In this document: piece after piece, positions 1 to 10,133 of the stretch
Layout of the letters: each line of letters begins with the position of its first letter
How positions within the stretch are numbered: the first letter of the stretch is position 1
Origin: an uncultured Gemmatimonadaceae bacterium
Lineage (GTDB): Bacteria > Gemmatimonadota > Gemmatimonadetes > Gemmatimonadales > GWC2-71-9
NCBI GenBank assembly: GCA_964421625.1
Contig: CAYQXR010000006.1
Span: 2,056-66,055 of the forward strand
Direction of reading: 5' to 3'
DNA: 64,000 nt
Notes under the pieces: model-generated
Database searches by the model: none
What the model was told of the DNA's origin: nothing
The model's input: only the letters and a program-made list of their open reading frames with translations
Program-made: the position numbers and the translations under genes

Positions 1-1202
1 TGGCATCGCTGCGGCGCAACGCCCGCGGCGAGATCGAGCCGAATGCCGCCGCGGTGACGGAACCGGGGGAGCCGGGATCCACCGCAAAAATCTTTACGGC
101 AGCCGCGGTCCTGGAGCACGGGGTCGATACCACGCCCGTCCCGGGACACCATGGACGCTGGGTGACGCCCGGCACCACCCGCGTGATCGAAGATGTGCAC
201 GGCGAAGATGGCGACCTGACCCTCGGCGAGACCATCAAGCACTCCAGCAATGTGGCCATCTCGCAGTTCGCGCTGCGCCTGTCGCCCGAGCAGCTCTTCC
301 GCACCCTGCGCGGCTTCGGCTTCGGCACGCAGACGGGGATCGGCTTTCCCGGTGAGGACGGCGGCCTGCTGTTCCGGCCACCCTGGGTCAATCACCTGCT
401 CTCGATGCCCTCGCTGTCCCAGGGCTACGAGTTCATGGCCACGTCGCTGCAGGTGGCGACCGGGTATGCCGTGCTCGCCAATGATGGTGTGCTCGTCGCC
501 CCCACCCTGGTGCGCGAAATCCGCCACCCCAGTGATCCGACCCCCATCTGGCAACATGCCCCACAGCCCCTGCGTCGGGTCGTCTCCACCCAGGTGGCGT
601 CGCGTCTGCGGGACTATCTCCGGCTGGCAACCGATACCGGCTCGTCCGGCCGACGGGCACAGCTCGACCAGTACACCGTGATCGGCAAGACCGCGACAGC
701 CAAGGTCCGCCCCTACCTCCCAGGCGTCTACCGCTCGGCCTTCGCTGGTCTGTGGCCGGGAGATGATCCGCAACTGGTGATCTACGTCATGGTCGATCGG
801 CCCCAGGGTGGCCGGTTCTATGGTGGCGATGTCGCCGCGCCCCTGGTGCGGTCGATCATGCTCCGCGCGCTGGCCGCCACCAACTCGCCCCTGAACCGGA
901 CCCGGCTGGCATTGCCCGTGGCATCACTCCCACCCGTACCCGTGCCGTCCGCCCGGGCCGGGGACGCCACGCCTGTGCTCGGGGTCGAGTTGCCCCACAT
1001 GGCGCGGACAGGCGAGGAGGCCGATGTGGTCGTGCCCGATCTGACGGGCCTCTCTCTCCGGGAGGCCGTGGCCGCCATGCACCAGGCCGGACTGCGCGTC
1101 CGGTTACGCGGGACCGGTCAACCAACCGGATCGGTGCCGGGAGCGGGAACCACCGTCACCCGGGGAACCACGGTCGCCCTGCAACTCAGCGCTCGCCGAT
1201 GA
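1..1202 (+). CDS. ftsI: Class B penicillin-binding protein FtsI/PBP3 transpeptidase, C-terminal part (5' end outside window), with a C-terminal PASTA-like domain
   Basis: Open frame runs to the window edge. Transpeptidase motifs are present: SxxK (GSTAKIF), SxN (KHSSNV) and a KTA variant of KTG (IGKTATAK). The C-terminal ~55 aa (VVPDLTGLSLREAVAAMHQAGLRVRLRG...VALQLS) resembles PASTA. It sits at the head of the dcw cluster, and its stop overlaps the murE start (ATGA). Confidence 0.85.
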   Translation, partial: ASLRRNARGEIEPNAAAVTEPGEPGSTAKIFTAAAVLEHGVDTTPVPGHHGRWVTPGTTRVIEDVHGEDGDLTLGETIKHSSNVAISQFALRLSPEQLFRTLRGFGFGTQTGIGFPGEDGGLLFRPPWVNHLLSMPSLSQGYEFMATSLQVATGYAVLANDGVLVAPTLVREIRHPSDPTPIWQHAPQPLRRVVSTQVASRLRDYLRLATDTGSSGRRAQLDQYTVIGKTATAKVRPYLPGVYRSAFAGLWPGDDPQLVIYVMVDRPQGGRFYGGDVAAPLVRSIMLRALAATNSPLNRTRLALPVASLPPVPVPSARAGDATPVLGVELPHMARTGEEADVVVPDLTGLSLREAVAAMHQAGLRVRLRGTGQPTGSVPGAGTTVTRGTTVALQLSARR

Positions 1203-2650
1203 TGCTCTCCGTGCTGGCCGGTGTGCTCCGCAGCCATGGGCTGCTGGTCGCCGGTGGGACCGATGCTGACCGACACGTGTCCTCGCTGGCAGTCGACTCC
1301 CGGCAGGTCGAGTCCGGGTCGCTGTTCATCGCCGAGCGTGGCAGTCAGGTCGACGGCCATGACTACGTGGCCGCGGCCGTCACCCGAGGCGCGGTGGCGG
1401 TGGTGGCGGAACACCCGCTCGATCTGTCCGTCCCCTGCCTGGTGGTAACCGACGGGCGGGCGGCCGTGCGAGTCCTGGCCGCTGCCTGGTTCCATCATCC
1501 GACCGATCAACTCGCGCTGGTGGGCATCACCGGCACCAACGGGAAGACCACCACCACCACGATGGTCCGTCACCTGCTCAATGCCGCCGACGATGCCGGC
1601 AGCATCGGCACGCTGGGAGCCTTCGATGCCGCCGGGCACGCGGTGGTCTCCACGGCCGGCAGCCTGACCACGCCCGGCGCCCTCGACCTGCAGGCCACCT
1701 TCCGTCGCCTGGTCGACCTGGGTGTACACCGTGTGGTCATGGAGTGCTCCTCCCACGCACTGGAGCAGCACCGACTCGACGGCCTGCACTATCGCGTCGG
1801 CGTGTTCACCAACCTGACCCGCGAGCATCTGGACTATCACGGCACCATGGCCGCCTATCTCGACGCCAAGCTGCGCCTGGCGGACCTTGTGGCCGTCGAC
1901 GGTACCCTGGCGGTTGCGGCAGATGATGCGGCCTGGGCTCCCCTGCTGGCCGACCCGCGCACCGTCACCTGGGGCACCGCTGCCAGCGCCGACGTGCGCG
2001 CCAGCCACCTGCACAGTGATCTCAGCGGCACCACCTTCGATCTGACCGGCCGCTTCGGCTCGCGACGGATCACCATGCCGTTCCTGGGCGAATTCAACGT
2101 GAGCAACGCCCTGGCCGCCGCAACCTGCGCGCTGGCCCTCGGCGAGTCGCTCGATACCGTCGTGCAGCGTCTCGCCTCGGCGCCGCAGGTGCCTGGGCGC
2201 ATGGAGCGGCTGGCCGATGCGCCGGTCACCGTGCTGCGCGACTACGCCCACACGCCCGACGCGATGCAGCGCGTGCTGGCCACGCTGCGGCCGCTGGTGC
2301 CCGGGCGTCTGCTGCTGCTCTTCGGCTGTGGCGGAGATCGTGATCGGGGCAAGCGCCCGGTCATGGGACGCATCGCCGCTGAGGGAGCGGATCTGGTGAT
2401 GCTGACGGAGGACAACCCGCGCACCGAGGATCCCGAGCGGATCATCGACGATATCGTCGCCGACATGCCTCCCGGCTCATATCGCCGCTGTGTCGACCGC
2501 GCCGAGGGGATCCGTCGCCTGCTGGCTGAGGCTGGCCCGGACGACCTGGTGCTGCTGGCGGGGAAGGGGCACGAGACCTACCAGATCATCGGGAAGCAGT
2601 ACCTCCCCTTCGACGAACGGGAAATCGTGCGGGAGGCGCTGGCCGGATGA
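1199..2650 (+). CDS. murE: UDP-N-acetylmuramoyl-L-alanyl-D-glutamate--2,6-diaminopimelate ligase
   Basis: Mur ligase P-loop GITGTNGKTTTT and the MurE-type TEDNPRTEDP motif. dcw position between ftsI and murF, with ATGA overlaps at both ends. Confidence 0.94.
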   Translation: MMLSVLAGVLRSHGLLVAGGTDADRHVSSLAVDSRQVESGSLFIAERGSQVDGHDYVAAAVTRGAVAVVAEHPLDLSVPCLVVTDGRAAVRVLAAAWFHHPTDQLALVGITGTNGKTTTTTMVRHLLNAADDAGSIGTLGAFDAAGHAVVSTAGSLTTPGALDLQATFRRLVDLGVHRVVMECSSHALEQHRLDGLHYRVGVFTNLTREHLDYHGTMAAYLDAKLRLADLVAVDGTLAVAADDAAWAPLLADPRTVTWGTAASADVRASHLHSDLSGTTFDLTGRFGSRRITMPFLGEFNVSNALAAATCALALGESLDTVVQRLASAPQVPGRMERLADAPVTVLRDYAHTPDAMQRVLATLRPLVPGRLLLLFGCGGDRDRGKRPVMGRIAAEGADLVMLTEDNPRTEDPERIIDDIVADMPPGSYRRCVDRAEGIRRLLAEAGPDDLVLLAGKGHETYQIIGKQYLPFDEREIVREALAG

Positions 2651-3996
2651 GCGCATCCTTCTCGGCGGATGAAGTGGCCGCCCTGCTTGGAGTTACCAGT
2701 CCGGCCGACGTGCCGACCGGTTTTCCGTGCGTGTCCACCGATACCAGGACATTGCCGCCGGGCGCGCTGTTCGTGGCGCTGTGTGGCGAGCATTTCGACG
2801 GCCACGAGCATCTGGCTGCTGCCCGCGACCGGGGCGCTGCCGCCGCCGTGGTCCGCGTCGGGACGGCGCCAGTGGCTGGGCTGCCGCTCTACCCGGTGGC
2901 CGATCCACTCGACGCGCTGGGGCGTCTGGCCGCAGCGCATCGGCGGCGGATCCCCGGGCCGGTGGTTGCGATCACCGGACAGAACGGCAAGACCTCGACC
3001 AAGGAGATGGTCGCCGCGGTGCTGAGTACCCGGTGGCGGACGCACCGCACCAGCGTCAATCGCAATAACCGCGTGGGTGTGCCGCTCACCGTGCTGGAGG
3101 CGCCGGCGGATACCGAAGCCCTGGTGGTCGAGGCCGGTGCCAACCTGCCGGGCGAGATTGCCATCTTCCGCGACATCCTCGCGCCCACGGTGGCCATCGT
3201 CACCTCGGCAGGGGCAGGGCACCTGGAAGGCTTCGGTACGGTCGAGCGTGTGGTAGAGGAAAAGCTCTCGCTGACCCTGGGCGTGCCCCTGGCCATTGTC
3301 GGCTCCGATCCGCCCACGCTCACGTCGGGGGCCCGGAGTCTGGCAGCACGGGTCATCACGGCCGGAGTGGCAGACGGGGATCTCCGGCCCGATGCGGTGG
3401 CGCTCCAGCCGGACGGGCTGCCCCAGGTCACCGTCGACGGGCAGACCTTCACCCTGGCTGCCCGCGGTCTGCACCAGGCGGGCAATGCCATGCTGGCCTG
3501 GGCGCTGGTGCGTGAGTATGCCCTCGATCCGGCCGCCGCTGCCGCCGCGCTGGGGGCCTTCGCCCTCCCCGGAGGTCGCGGCGAGTTGACAGGTCGCGAC
3601 GGTCTGACCATCCTGAACGATGCCTACAATGCCAATCCTGAATCGTTCACCTCGGTGATCGCGCTGGCGCAGTCGCTGCGGGCCGGTCGCCGCCTGATAT
3701 TCGTGGCGGGTTCGATGCGCGAACTCGGGCCGACTGCCCCGGCACGCCACACGGAGGTGGCCGCACAGTTGGCGGAACTGGCGCCCGATGTGCTGGCGCT
3801 GGTGGGCGATTTCGTGCCTGCCTTCGCGCCCTGGCGCACAACGTTCTCCGGTACCCTGCTGGAGGCGGCCGACGCCGAGGCGATGGGGCCGCTGGTGGCG
3901 GAGACGCTGTCGGGGAACGATCTGCTGGTACTCAAAGGATCTCGGGGTGTGACGCTGGAGCGCATCCTGACTGCACTCCCGGAACGGGTGGCCTGA
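2647..3996 (+). CDS. murF: UDP-N-acetylmuramoyl-tripeptide--D-alanyl-D-alanine ligase
   Basis: Mur ligase P-loop ITGQNGKTSTKEM, the DAYNANP motif, and dcw order murE-murF-mraY. Confidence 0.93.
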   Translation: MSASFSADEVAALLGVTSPADVPTGFPCVSTDTRTLPPGALFVALCGEHFDGHEHLAAARDRGAAAAVVRVGTAPVAGLPLYPVADPLDALGRLAAAHRRRIPGPVVAITGQNGKTSTKEMVAAVLSTRWRTHRTSVNRNNRVGVPLTVLEAPADTEALVVEAGANLPGEIAIFRDILAPTVAIVTSAGAGHLEGFGTVERVVEEKLSLTLGVPLAIVGSDPPTLTSGARSLAARVITAGVADGDLRPDAVALQPDGLPQVTVDGQTFTLAARGLHQAGNAMLAWALVREYALDPAAAAAALGAFALPGGRGELTGRDGLTILNDAYNANPESFTSVIALAQSLRAGRRLIFVAGSMRELGPTAPARHTEVAAQLAELAPDVLALVGDFVPAFAPWRTTFSGTLLEAADAEAMGPLVAETLSGNDLLVLKGSRGVTLERILTALPERVA

Positions 3997-3997
3997 C

Positions 3998-5119
3998 ATG
4001 CTCTACCATCTGTTGGCCGGGACCAGCCATTCGCTGTTGAACCTGTTCAACTACATCTCCTTCCGGGCCGCGGGGGCAGGCGTGACGGCGCTGCTCATCG
4101 CGTTCATGGTGGGGCCCGCGGTCATCCGGCGGCTGCAGGCGCTGAAGGTCGGTCAGGTGATCCGGGTGGAGGGGCCAGCCTCGCATCAGTCCAAGCGGGG
4201 CACTCCCACCATGGGGGGGCTGATCATTCTGGCGGCTACGGTCATCCCGACGCTGCTCTGGGCGCCGCTGACCAACCGGTTCGTGATGGTCACGCTGGTG
4301 GCGATGATCTGGACCGGCGCGATCGGCTTCCTGGACGACTATCTGAAAGTGGTGCAGGGGCAATCCCGCGGGCTGGTTGCCAAGTGGAAACTGGTCGGCC
4401 AGATCCTCTTCGGTGTCTCGCTCGGTGCGATGCTGCTGCACTGGCCCATCGTGTCGCCATCGACCATTCCCGTCGCCGGGACCACGGTGCCGTTCTTCAA
4501 GTACACCGTGATCGTGTTCATCCCGGCCGTCTACATCGTCTTCGTCACCGGGGTGGTGACGGGCTTCTCGAATGCCGTCAACCTGACCGACGGCCTGGAT
4601 GGTCTCGCCGCCGGTCTCACGGTCGTTGCGGCCGGGACGTTCGCCGTCTTCGCCTACATCGCCGGCCGGGTCGACAGTACCGAGTATCTCAATCTGTTCT
4701 ACCTGCCTGGAGCCGGAGAGCTGGCCGTCTACTGCAGTGCCCTCATAGGTGCCTGCCTCGGCTTCCTCTGGTACAACGCGCATCCCGCCAAGGTGTTCAT
4801 GGGCGATACCGGCAGCCTGGCCATCGGCGGTGCGCTCGGCACCATGGCCATCCTGCTCAAGTCGGAGTTCCTGCTGGTGATCATCGGTGGGGTGTTCGTG
4901 GCGGAAGCCGCCTCGGTGATGCTGCAGACCGGCGTGTACAAGTGGGCCAAGCGGACCCGCGGGCGCGAGTACGCCGACACCCACCGCGTCTTCCGGATGG
5001 CCCCGCTGCACCACCACTTCGAAAAGCTCGGCTGGCACGAAACCACAGTGGTGGTCCGCTTCTGGATCCTGGGGATCTTCTGCGCGCTGCTGGCGCTCGC
5101 CACACTCAAACTGCGATGA
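3998..5119 (+). CDS. mraY: Phospho-N-acetylmuramoyl-pentapeptide transferase
   Basis: Polytopic membrane protein with MraY motifs (NAVNLTDGLDGLAAG, VFMGDTGSLAIGGALG, APLHHHFE). Confidence 0.95.
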   Translation: MLYHLLAGTSHSLLNLFNYISFRAAGAGVTALLIAFMVGPAVIRRLQALKVGQVIRVEGPASHQSKRGTPTMGGLIILAATVIPTLLWAPLTNRFVMVTLVAMIWTGAIGFLDDYLKVVQGQSRGLVAKWKLVGQILFGVSLGAMLLHWPIVSPSTIPVAGTTVPFFKYTVIVFIPAVYIVFVTGVVTGFSNAVNLTDGLDGLAAGLTVVAAGTFAVFAYIAGRVDSTEYLNLFYLPGAGELAVYCSALIGACLGFLWYNAHPAKVFMGDTGSLAIGGALGTMAILLKSEFLLVIIGGVFVAEAASVMLQTGVYKWAKRTRGREYADTHRVFRMAPLHHHFEKLGWHETTVVVRFWILGIFCALLALATLKLR

Positions 5120-6474
5120 CCCGATTCGACGCCTGGCGGGCAGCAGGGGGTGAGGTGAGTGTGGTCGGCCTCGGCCGCAGCGGTATCGCGGCGGTGCGGC
5201 TGCTCGCGGCGCACGGGATTCCCGTCTACGCGTCGGATGCTGGCAGCGTGTCGCCGGAGACCATGACCGCTTTGCGCGGGCTGCCCGATGTGACGGTGGA
5301 GCAGGGCGGGCACGCGATCGACCGGATCACCCGGAGCGCGGCCCTGGTGGTGTCGCCGGGCGTACCACCCGATGTGCCGGTGCTGGCGACCGCGCGGGCC
5401 GCCGGGGTGCCGATCGTCGCCGAGGCACAGCTTGGCCTGGATGCACTGCCGCAGACGCGGGTCATCGCCGTGACCGGGACCAACGGCAAGACGACCACCA
5501 CGGCGCTGGTCGGAACGCTGCTGCAGGCGGCCGATCGCCACGCGCTCACCGCCGGCAACATTGGCCGCGCGGTCAGCGAAGTGGCGCTGCTCGAGTCACC
5601 CCCCGAATGGCTGGCACTGGAGCTGTCCTCGTTCCAGTTGCACGACATGCCTGATCTGTCGCCCACGGTCGGTATTCTCACCAACCTGGCGCCCGACCAT
5701 CTGGACCGCTATCCCGATGCGGCCAGCTACTACGCGGACAAAGCGCGGCTGCTGGTGCAGGCCAATGCTCGGTCGATCTGGGTCGGCAATCTGGACGATC
5801 CCCGCTCCCGAGCCATGCTGCAGGATGTGCCGGGCCGTCACCTGCGCTTCACCGTGGCTCCGCGCCGCCGTGCCGATGCCTGGCTCGATCACGCAGCGGG
5901 GATGCTGATGCTGGGGCAGGAGGCGCTGCTTCCCCGGAACGAGTTCCCGCTGCTGGGCGACCACAATGTGGCCAACGCGCTCGCTGCAGCGCTGGCCGTT
6001 CACGCAGCAGGTGTCTCCCGTGAGCGCATTGCCGCGGGGCTGCGCGCGATGGTGGCACTGCCTCATCGATTGGAGCCGGTGCGCGAGGTCGATGGGGTGC
6101 TCTGGATCAATGATTCCAAAGCCACCAACCTCGCCTCCACCGAGGTGGCGGTCCTGGGCATGGACCGTCCCTTCGTGCTGCTGCTCGGTGGGCGGCACAA
6201 GGGCGAACCCTATTCGGCCCTGGCCGAGCCGCTGCGGACGCGAGGTGCCGCCGTGGTCACCTTCGGCGAGGCGGCTGATCTGGTCGTGGCCGATCTGGCT
6301 GATGCGGTGCCGGTCGAGCGGGTCGCCACCTTCGAGGCAGCAGTCGAGCGCGCTGCGGCGCTGGTCCCCCATGGTGGGGCGGTGCTGCTGTCGCCGGCCT
6401 GCTCCTCCTACGACATGTTCCCGAACTACGAAGTGCGCGGCGAGACCTTCCGCGCGCTGGTGCAGGCACGGTGA
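5116..6474 (+). CDS. murD: UDP-N-acetylmuramoylalanine--D-glutamate ligase
   Basis: Start MTRFDAW at ATG 5116 overlaps the mraY stop (ATGA). N-terminal Rossmann segment VVGLGRSGIAA and P-loop VTGTNGKTTTTAL. The longer ORF from 4384 is an out-of-frame shadow over mraY. Confidence 0.93.
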   Translation: MTRFDAWRAAGGEVSVVGLGRSGIAAVRLLAAHGIPVYASDAGSVSPETMTALRGLPDVTVEQGGHAIDRITRSAALVVSPGVPPDVPVLATARAAGVPIVAEAQLGLDALPQTRVIAVTGTNGKTTTTALVGTLLQAADRHALTAGNIGRAVSEVALLESPPEWLALELSSFQLHDMPDLSPTVGILTNLAPDHLDRYPDAASYYADKARLLVQANARSIWVGNLDDPRSRAMLQDVPGRHLRFTVAPRRRADAWLDHAAGMLMLGQEALLPRNEFPLLGDHNVANALAAALAVHAAGVSRERIAAGLRAMVALPHRLEPVREVDGVLWINDSKATNLASTEVAVLGMDRPFVLLLGGRHKGEPYSALAEPLRTRGAAVVTFGEAADLVVADLADAVPVERVATFEAAVERAAALVPHGGAVLLSPACSSYDMFPNYEVRGETFRALVQAR

Positions 6475-7634
6475 GCCGTCGCATTGCCCACCCGGGAGAG
6501 CGGCGCTGGGAAACCAACCTCCTCGCGACCGTCACCTTGCTGCTCACGGCCTTCGGCATCATCAACTGCTATGCGGCGGCCACCTATCTGGCGGGGTGGT
6601 ACGATGAGGCCTCGCAGCAGGCGCTGGCGGCCGTGATCGGCGGTGTCGTTTTTCTGGTTGCGACGCGGATCGAGTATACCCAGTGGCGGCGTATTGCTCG
6701 GCCGCTGTTCCTTGCCACCTTGGTTGGCCTGGTGGTGCTCGCCATCGCGGCGGTCATCTGGCGTGAACCGACCGCCAGGGAAGGCTTCCTCCAGAAGCAC
6801 CTGCCGCACCTCAACGGCGCCCGCCGCTGGATCCGTCTCTTCGGGGTCCAGATTCAGGTGTCGGAAGTTGCGCGCCTGGCATTGGCCCTGTTCCTGGCGA
6901 CCAGGCTCGCCGACATGGGCACGCGCATCCGCGACCTGCGCGAGGGGTTCATGCCGGTCATGGGCATCACCCTGGGGGTGAGCATGCTGGTGGCCGTGGA
7001 GCCCTCGCTCTCGATGGCGATTGTCCTTGGACTGGTCGGGGCCGGCGTCATTTTCGCGGCGGGCGCGCGTATCACCCACTTCCTGCCCCTGGCGCTGACT
7101 GCCAGTCTGGGCATCTGGATCATCGTGACCCGCGAGTCGGTGCGGGCCAAGCGCTTCGCCACCTTCCTGACGCCAGCGCTCCAGTGTGATCCCAAGGATG
7201 ATCAGGCCTGCCAGTCCCTGATCGGCATCGGCAACGGCGGCCTGTTCGGCGTCGGCTTCGGCGAGGGCACCCAGAAGATGGGTCACCTCCCCTACGGTTA
7301 CTCGGACTTCCTGCTCTCGGTCATCGCCGAGGAGTGGGGTCTGTTTGGAATCCTCTTTGTTGTGACGCTGTTCGGGATCTACTGCTGGCTCGGACTGCGG
7401 ATCGCCCGGACGGCGCGCGACCCCTTCGGGACCTACCTGGCGACCGGGTTGACCCTGGCCGTCGGCGTGACCGCCCTGCTGCATGCCTTCGTGGTGCTGC
7501 GCATGATGCCGCCCACCGGACTGACACTGCCCTTCATGTCGGCCGGCCGCGTGTCGCTGATCTTCTACCTGCTCTCAGCGGGGATTCTGGTGGCGATCGG
7601 GCGGGCCCGCGGCAAACCGTCGCACGCCCGATGA
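6471..7634 (+). CDS. ftsW: SEDS-family peptidoglycan polymerase FtsW
   Basis: ~10-TM protein with FtsW/RodA/SpoVE motifs (SEVARLALALFLA, YSDFLLSVIAEEWG). dcw position between murD and murG. Confidence 0.9.
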   Translation: MSRRIAHPGERRWETNLLATVTLLLTAFGIINCYAAATYLAGWYDEASQQALAAVIGGVVFLVATRIEYTQWRRIARPLFLATLVGLVVLAIAAVIWREPTAREGFLQKHLPHLNGARRWIRLFGVQIQVSEVARLALALFLATRLADMGTRIRDLREGFMPVMGITLGVSMLVAVEPSLSMAIVLGLVGAGVIFAAGARITHFLPLALTASLGIWIIVTRESVRAKRFATFLTPALQCDPKDDQACQSLIGIGNGGLFGVGFGEGTQKMGHLPYGYSDFLLSVIAEEWGLFGILFVVTLFGIYCWLGLRIARTARDPFGTYLATGLTLAVGVTALLHAFVVLRMMPPTGLTLPFMSAGRVSLIFYLLSAGILVAIGRARGKPSHAR

Positions 7635-8719
7635 CCACCGTGCTCCTGGCCGGGGGTGGCACCGGCGGGCACCTGATGCCGGCGCTGGCGCTGGGCGAGG
7701 CGGTGAGCCGTCTCGATCCTGCGGCACGAATCGTCCTCGTCGGGGCTCAGCGGGGCGTCGAGGCCACCGTCCTGCCTGCGCGCGGGGTCGCGCACCACTT
7801 GCTGCCGCTGGAGCCCATCTATCGGCGGCAGTGGTGGCGCAACATCCGCTGGGCCTGGCAGGTTGGGCCGCTGCTGCGGCAGATCGACCAGGTCCTGGAC
7901 CGGGACGCACCGGATGTGGTAATCGGCACCGGTGGCTACGCCAGCGGACCGGTGGTCTGGCGCGCTGCACGGCGCGGCATTCCGACCGCAGTGCTGGAAC
8001 TCGATGTGCGCCCGGGTATCGCCACCCGCTGGTTGTCGCGCCGCGCCCGCGAGGTCTGGGTGGCCGCGCCCGAAGCGGTCCCCCTGCTGCCGGTACCCGC
8101 GCAGGCCCGGGCCGTCGTGACTGGGGCGCCCATCGTGCCGCCCGATCCTTCGCGACGGGCCTTGGCGCTGGCGCGATTCGGTTTCAACAGCGAGCGTCCA
8201 GTGCTGGTGGTCACCGGTGGGAGCCAGGGCTCGCTGGCCGTCAACCGGGCCGTGGCGGAGTGGCTGGCAAGCGGCGCTGCGGAGGAGGTCCAGGTGCTCT
8301 GGGCCACGGGCCAGCAGACCCATGCTGAATTTGCCCGGTGGCACGGTCTGCCCGGCGTCCAGGTGGTGCCATTCCTCGACCCCATGGCCGATGCGTGGGC
8401 CATCGCCACCCACTGCGTGGCCCGGGCCGGCATGATGACCATCGCCGAACTCTGCGCCTGGGGGATTCCCTCGATCCTCATTCCGCTGCCCACGGCGGCG
8501 GCCGATCATCAGAGCCACAACGCCCGGGCCATGGCAGCGGCCGGTGCGGCGATCCACCTGCCGCAGGGCGACCTCACGCCTGAGCACTTCGCCGCCACCG
8601 TGGACCGGCTGCTGCACGGGCCGGACAGTGCCACCATGGCCGCAGCCGCACGGGCGCGCGGCCGACCGGACGCGGCCACTGCGCTGGCACACCGGGTGAT
8701 GGCCCTGGTCGGGGCCTGA
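7631..8719 (+). CDS. murG: Undecaprenyldiphospho-muramoylpentapeptide beta-N-acetylglucosaminyltransferase
   Basis: Start MTTVLLAGGGTGGHLMPALAL at ATG 7631 overlaps the ftsW stop. C-terminal AELCAWGIPSILIPLP...DHQSHNA is typical of MurG. Confidence 0.92.
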   Translation: MTTVLLAGGGTGGHLMPALALGEAVSRLDPAARIVLVGAQRGVEATVLPARGVAHHLLPLEPIYRRQWWRNIRWAWQVGPLLRQIDQVLDRDAPDVVIGTGGYASGPVVWRAARRGIPTAVLELDVRPGIATRWLSRRAREVWVAAPEAVPLLPVPAQARAVVTGAPIVPPDPSRRALALARFGFNSERPVLVVTGGSQGSLAVNRAVAEWLASGAAEEVQVLWATGQQTHAEFARWHGLPGVQVVPFLDPMADAWAIATHCVARAGMMTIAELCAWGIPSILIPLPTAAADHQSHNARAMAAAGAAIHLPQGDLTPEHFAATVDRLLHGPDSATMAAAARARGRPDAATALAHRVMALVGA

Positions 8720-8756
8720 CACCGGGCGCCAGCGCACCTCCCGTTATCTTCGCTGG

Positions 8757-10133
8757 GTGATGTCCCTCTTCGATCCGGCGGACCCCAGACCGCTCCACTT
8801 CCTCGGCATCGGGGGAGCCGGGATGAGTGCCTTGGCGCTCATTGCCGGTCGCCGCGGTGTGTCCGTGACCGGCAGCGATCCCGATGCCACCGCCTTTCCG
8901 GACCTCGCCGCCGCCGGCATCCAGGCTCGGACTGCGGCCACGCCCGAACAGATCCGCGCCGCGCGTGCGGTGGTCGTGACGGCCGCTGCCTCGGTCGATC
9001 ACCCCGACCTGGTCCTGGCGCGGGAGGCGGGTGTTCCCGTGGTGCCACGCAAAGTCGCGCTCGCCGAGCTGGTGAACGGCAGTACGCTGGTGGCTCTGGC
9101 GGGGACCCATGGTAAGACGACGACGACGGTGATGACCACCGAGGCACTGCGTGCAGCGGGACTGCATCCCACTGGGCTCGCCGGTGGCCGGGTGGACGCC
9201 TGGGGCGGCAACGCGCTGCTCGACGGCGACACTGTGCACGTGGTCGAGGCGGACGAGTACGATCAGGCCTTTCTCACACTGCGCCCCACCGTGGCGGTGA
9301 TCAACAACGTCGAGCCCGATCACCTCGAGTGTTATGGCTCGGTGGCGGCCATGGAAGCGGCCTACGGGCAGTTCGCCGGTGCCGCACGCCATGTGCTGGT
9401 GGGCGATGCCGACGCCGGCTCCGGTCGCGTGGCCGCGCTGCTCGGGGATCGGGCGCTGCGCTTCGGGACCACAGCGGCCGCACAGATCCGTCTCATCGTG
9501 GGAGCACGCTCCGCCGAGGGTTCGCAGGCGGAGGTGGTGCTCCCCACCGGAGAGACGGTGACGCTGCGGCTCGGTGTGCCGGGACTGCACAATCTCCGCA
9601 ACGCCACCGCTGCTGTCGGCGTGGCGCACCTGCTCGGGGCACCCCTGGCACCGGTGGTGGCCGCACTGGCGGCCTTTCGTGGTGTCGGGCGCCGCTTCGA
9701 GCGTCATGGCGAGCACTTCGGCGTGGCCTTCGTCGACGACTACGCGCACCATCCCACCGAGATGGTGGTCACGCTGGCTGCTGCGCGCCAGGCCTTTCCC
9801 GATCGCCGCCTGGTGGTGGTCTTCCAGCCGCATCTGTTCTCACGCACGCACGAGCACGGCACCGCCATGGGCATCGCATTGGCGGCGGCCGATGTCGCGG
9901 TGGTGACGGACATCTACCCGGCCCGTGAACAGCCCATGCCCGGCGTAACCGGTCAGCTCGTGGCGGATGCCGCCTCATTGGCCGAAGGGAACGTGGTGTA
10001 TCAGCCCGGCGCAGCGCGACTCGCGGATGAGGTCGCGTCGCTGTTGCGCCCGGGCGATGTCTGCCTCACCATGGGGGCCGGCGATATCACCCGGTTGGGT
10101 GCCGCGGTCCGGGAGCGGCTCGCGGGCCGATGA
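8757..10133 (+). CDS. murC: UDP-N-acetylmuramate--L-alanine ligase
   Basis: N-terminal HFLGIGGAGMSALA and P-loop LAGTHGKTTTT. The start is GTG 8757 or ATG 8760. Confidence 0.93.
   Translation: MMSLFDPADPRPLHFLGIGGAGMSALALIAGRRGVSVTGSDPDATAFPDLAAAGIQARTAATPEQIRAARAVVVTAAASVDHPDLVLAREAGVPVVPRKVALAELVNGSTLVALAGTHGKTTTTVMTTEALRAAGLHPTGLAGGRVDAWGGNALLDGDTVHVVEADEYDQAFLTLRPTVAVINNVEPDHLECYGSVAAMEAAYGQFAGAARHVLVGDADAGSGRVAALLGDRALRFGTTAAAQIRLIVGARSAEGSQAEVVLPTGETVTLRLGVPGLHNLRNATAAVGVAHLLGAPLAPVVAALAAFRGVGRRFERHGEHFGVAFVDDYAHHPTEMVVTLAAARQAFPDRRLVVVFQPHLFSRTHEHGTAMGIALAAADVAVVTDIYPAREQPMPGVTGQLVADAASLAEGNVVYQPGAARLADEVASLLRPGDVCLTMGAGDITRLGAAVRERLAGR

Noticed and set aside
4384-5115. Upstream extension of the murD frame (696-aa ORF)
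   Set aside because: It overlaps mraY in another frame and has Arg-rich shadow composition. The MurD N-terminus begins at ATG 5116.
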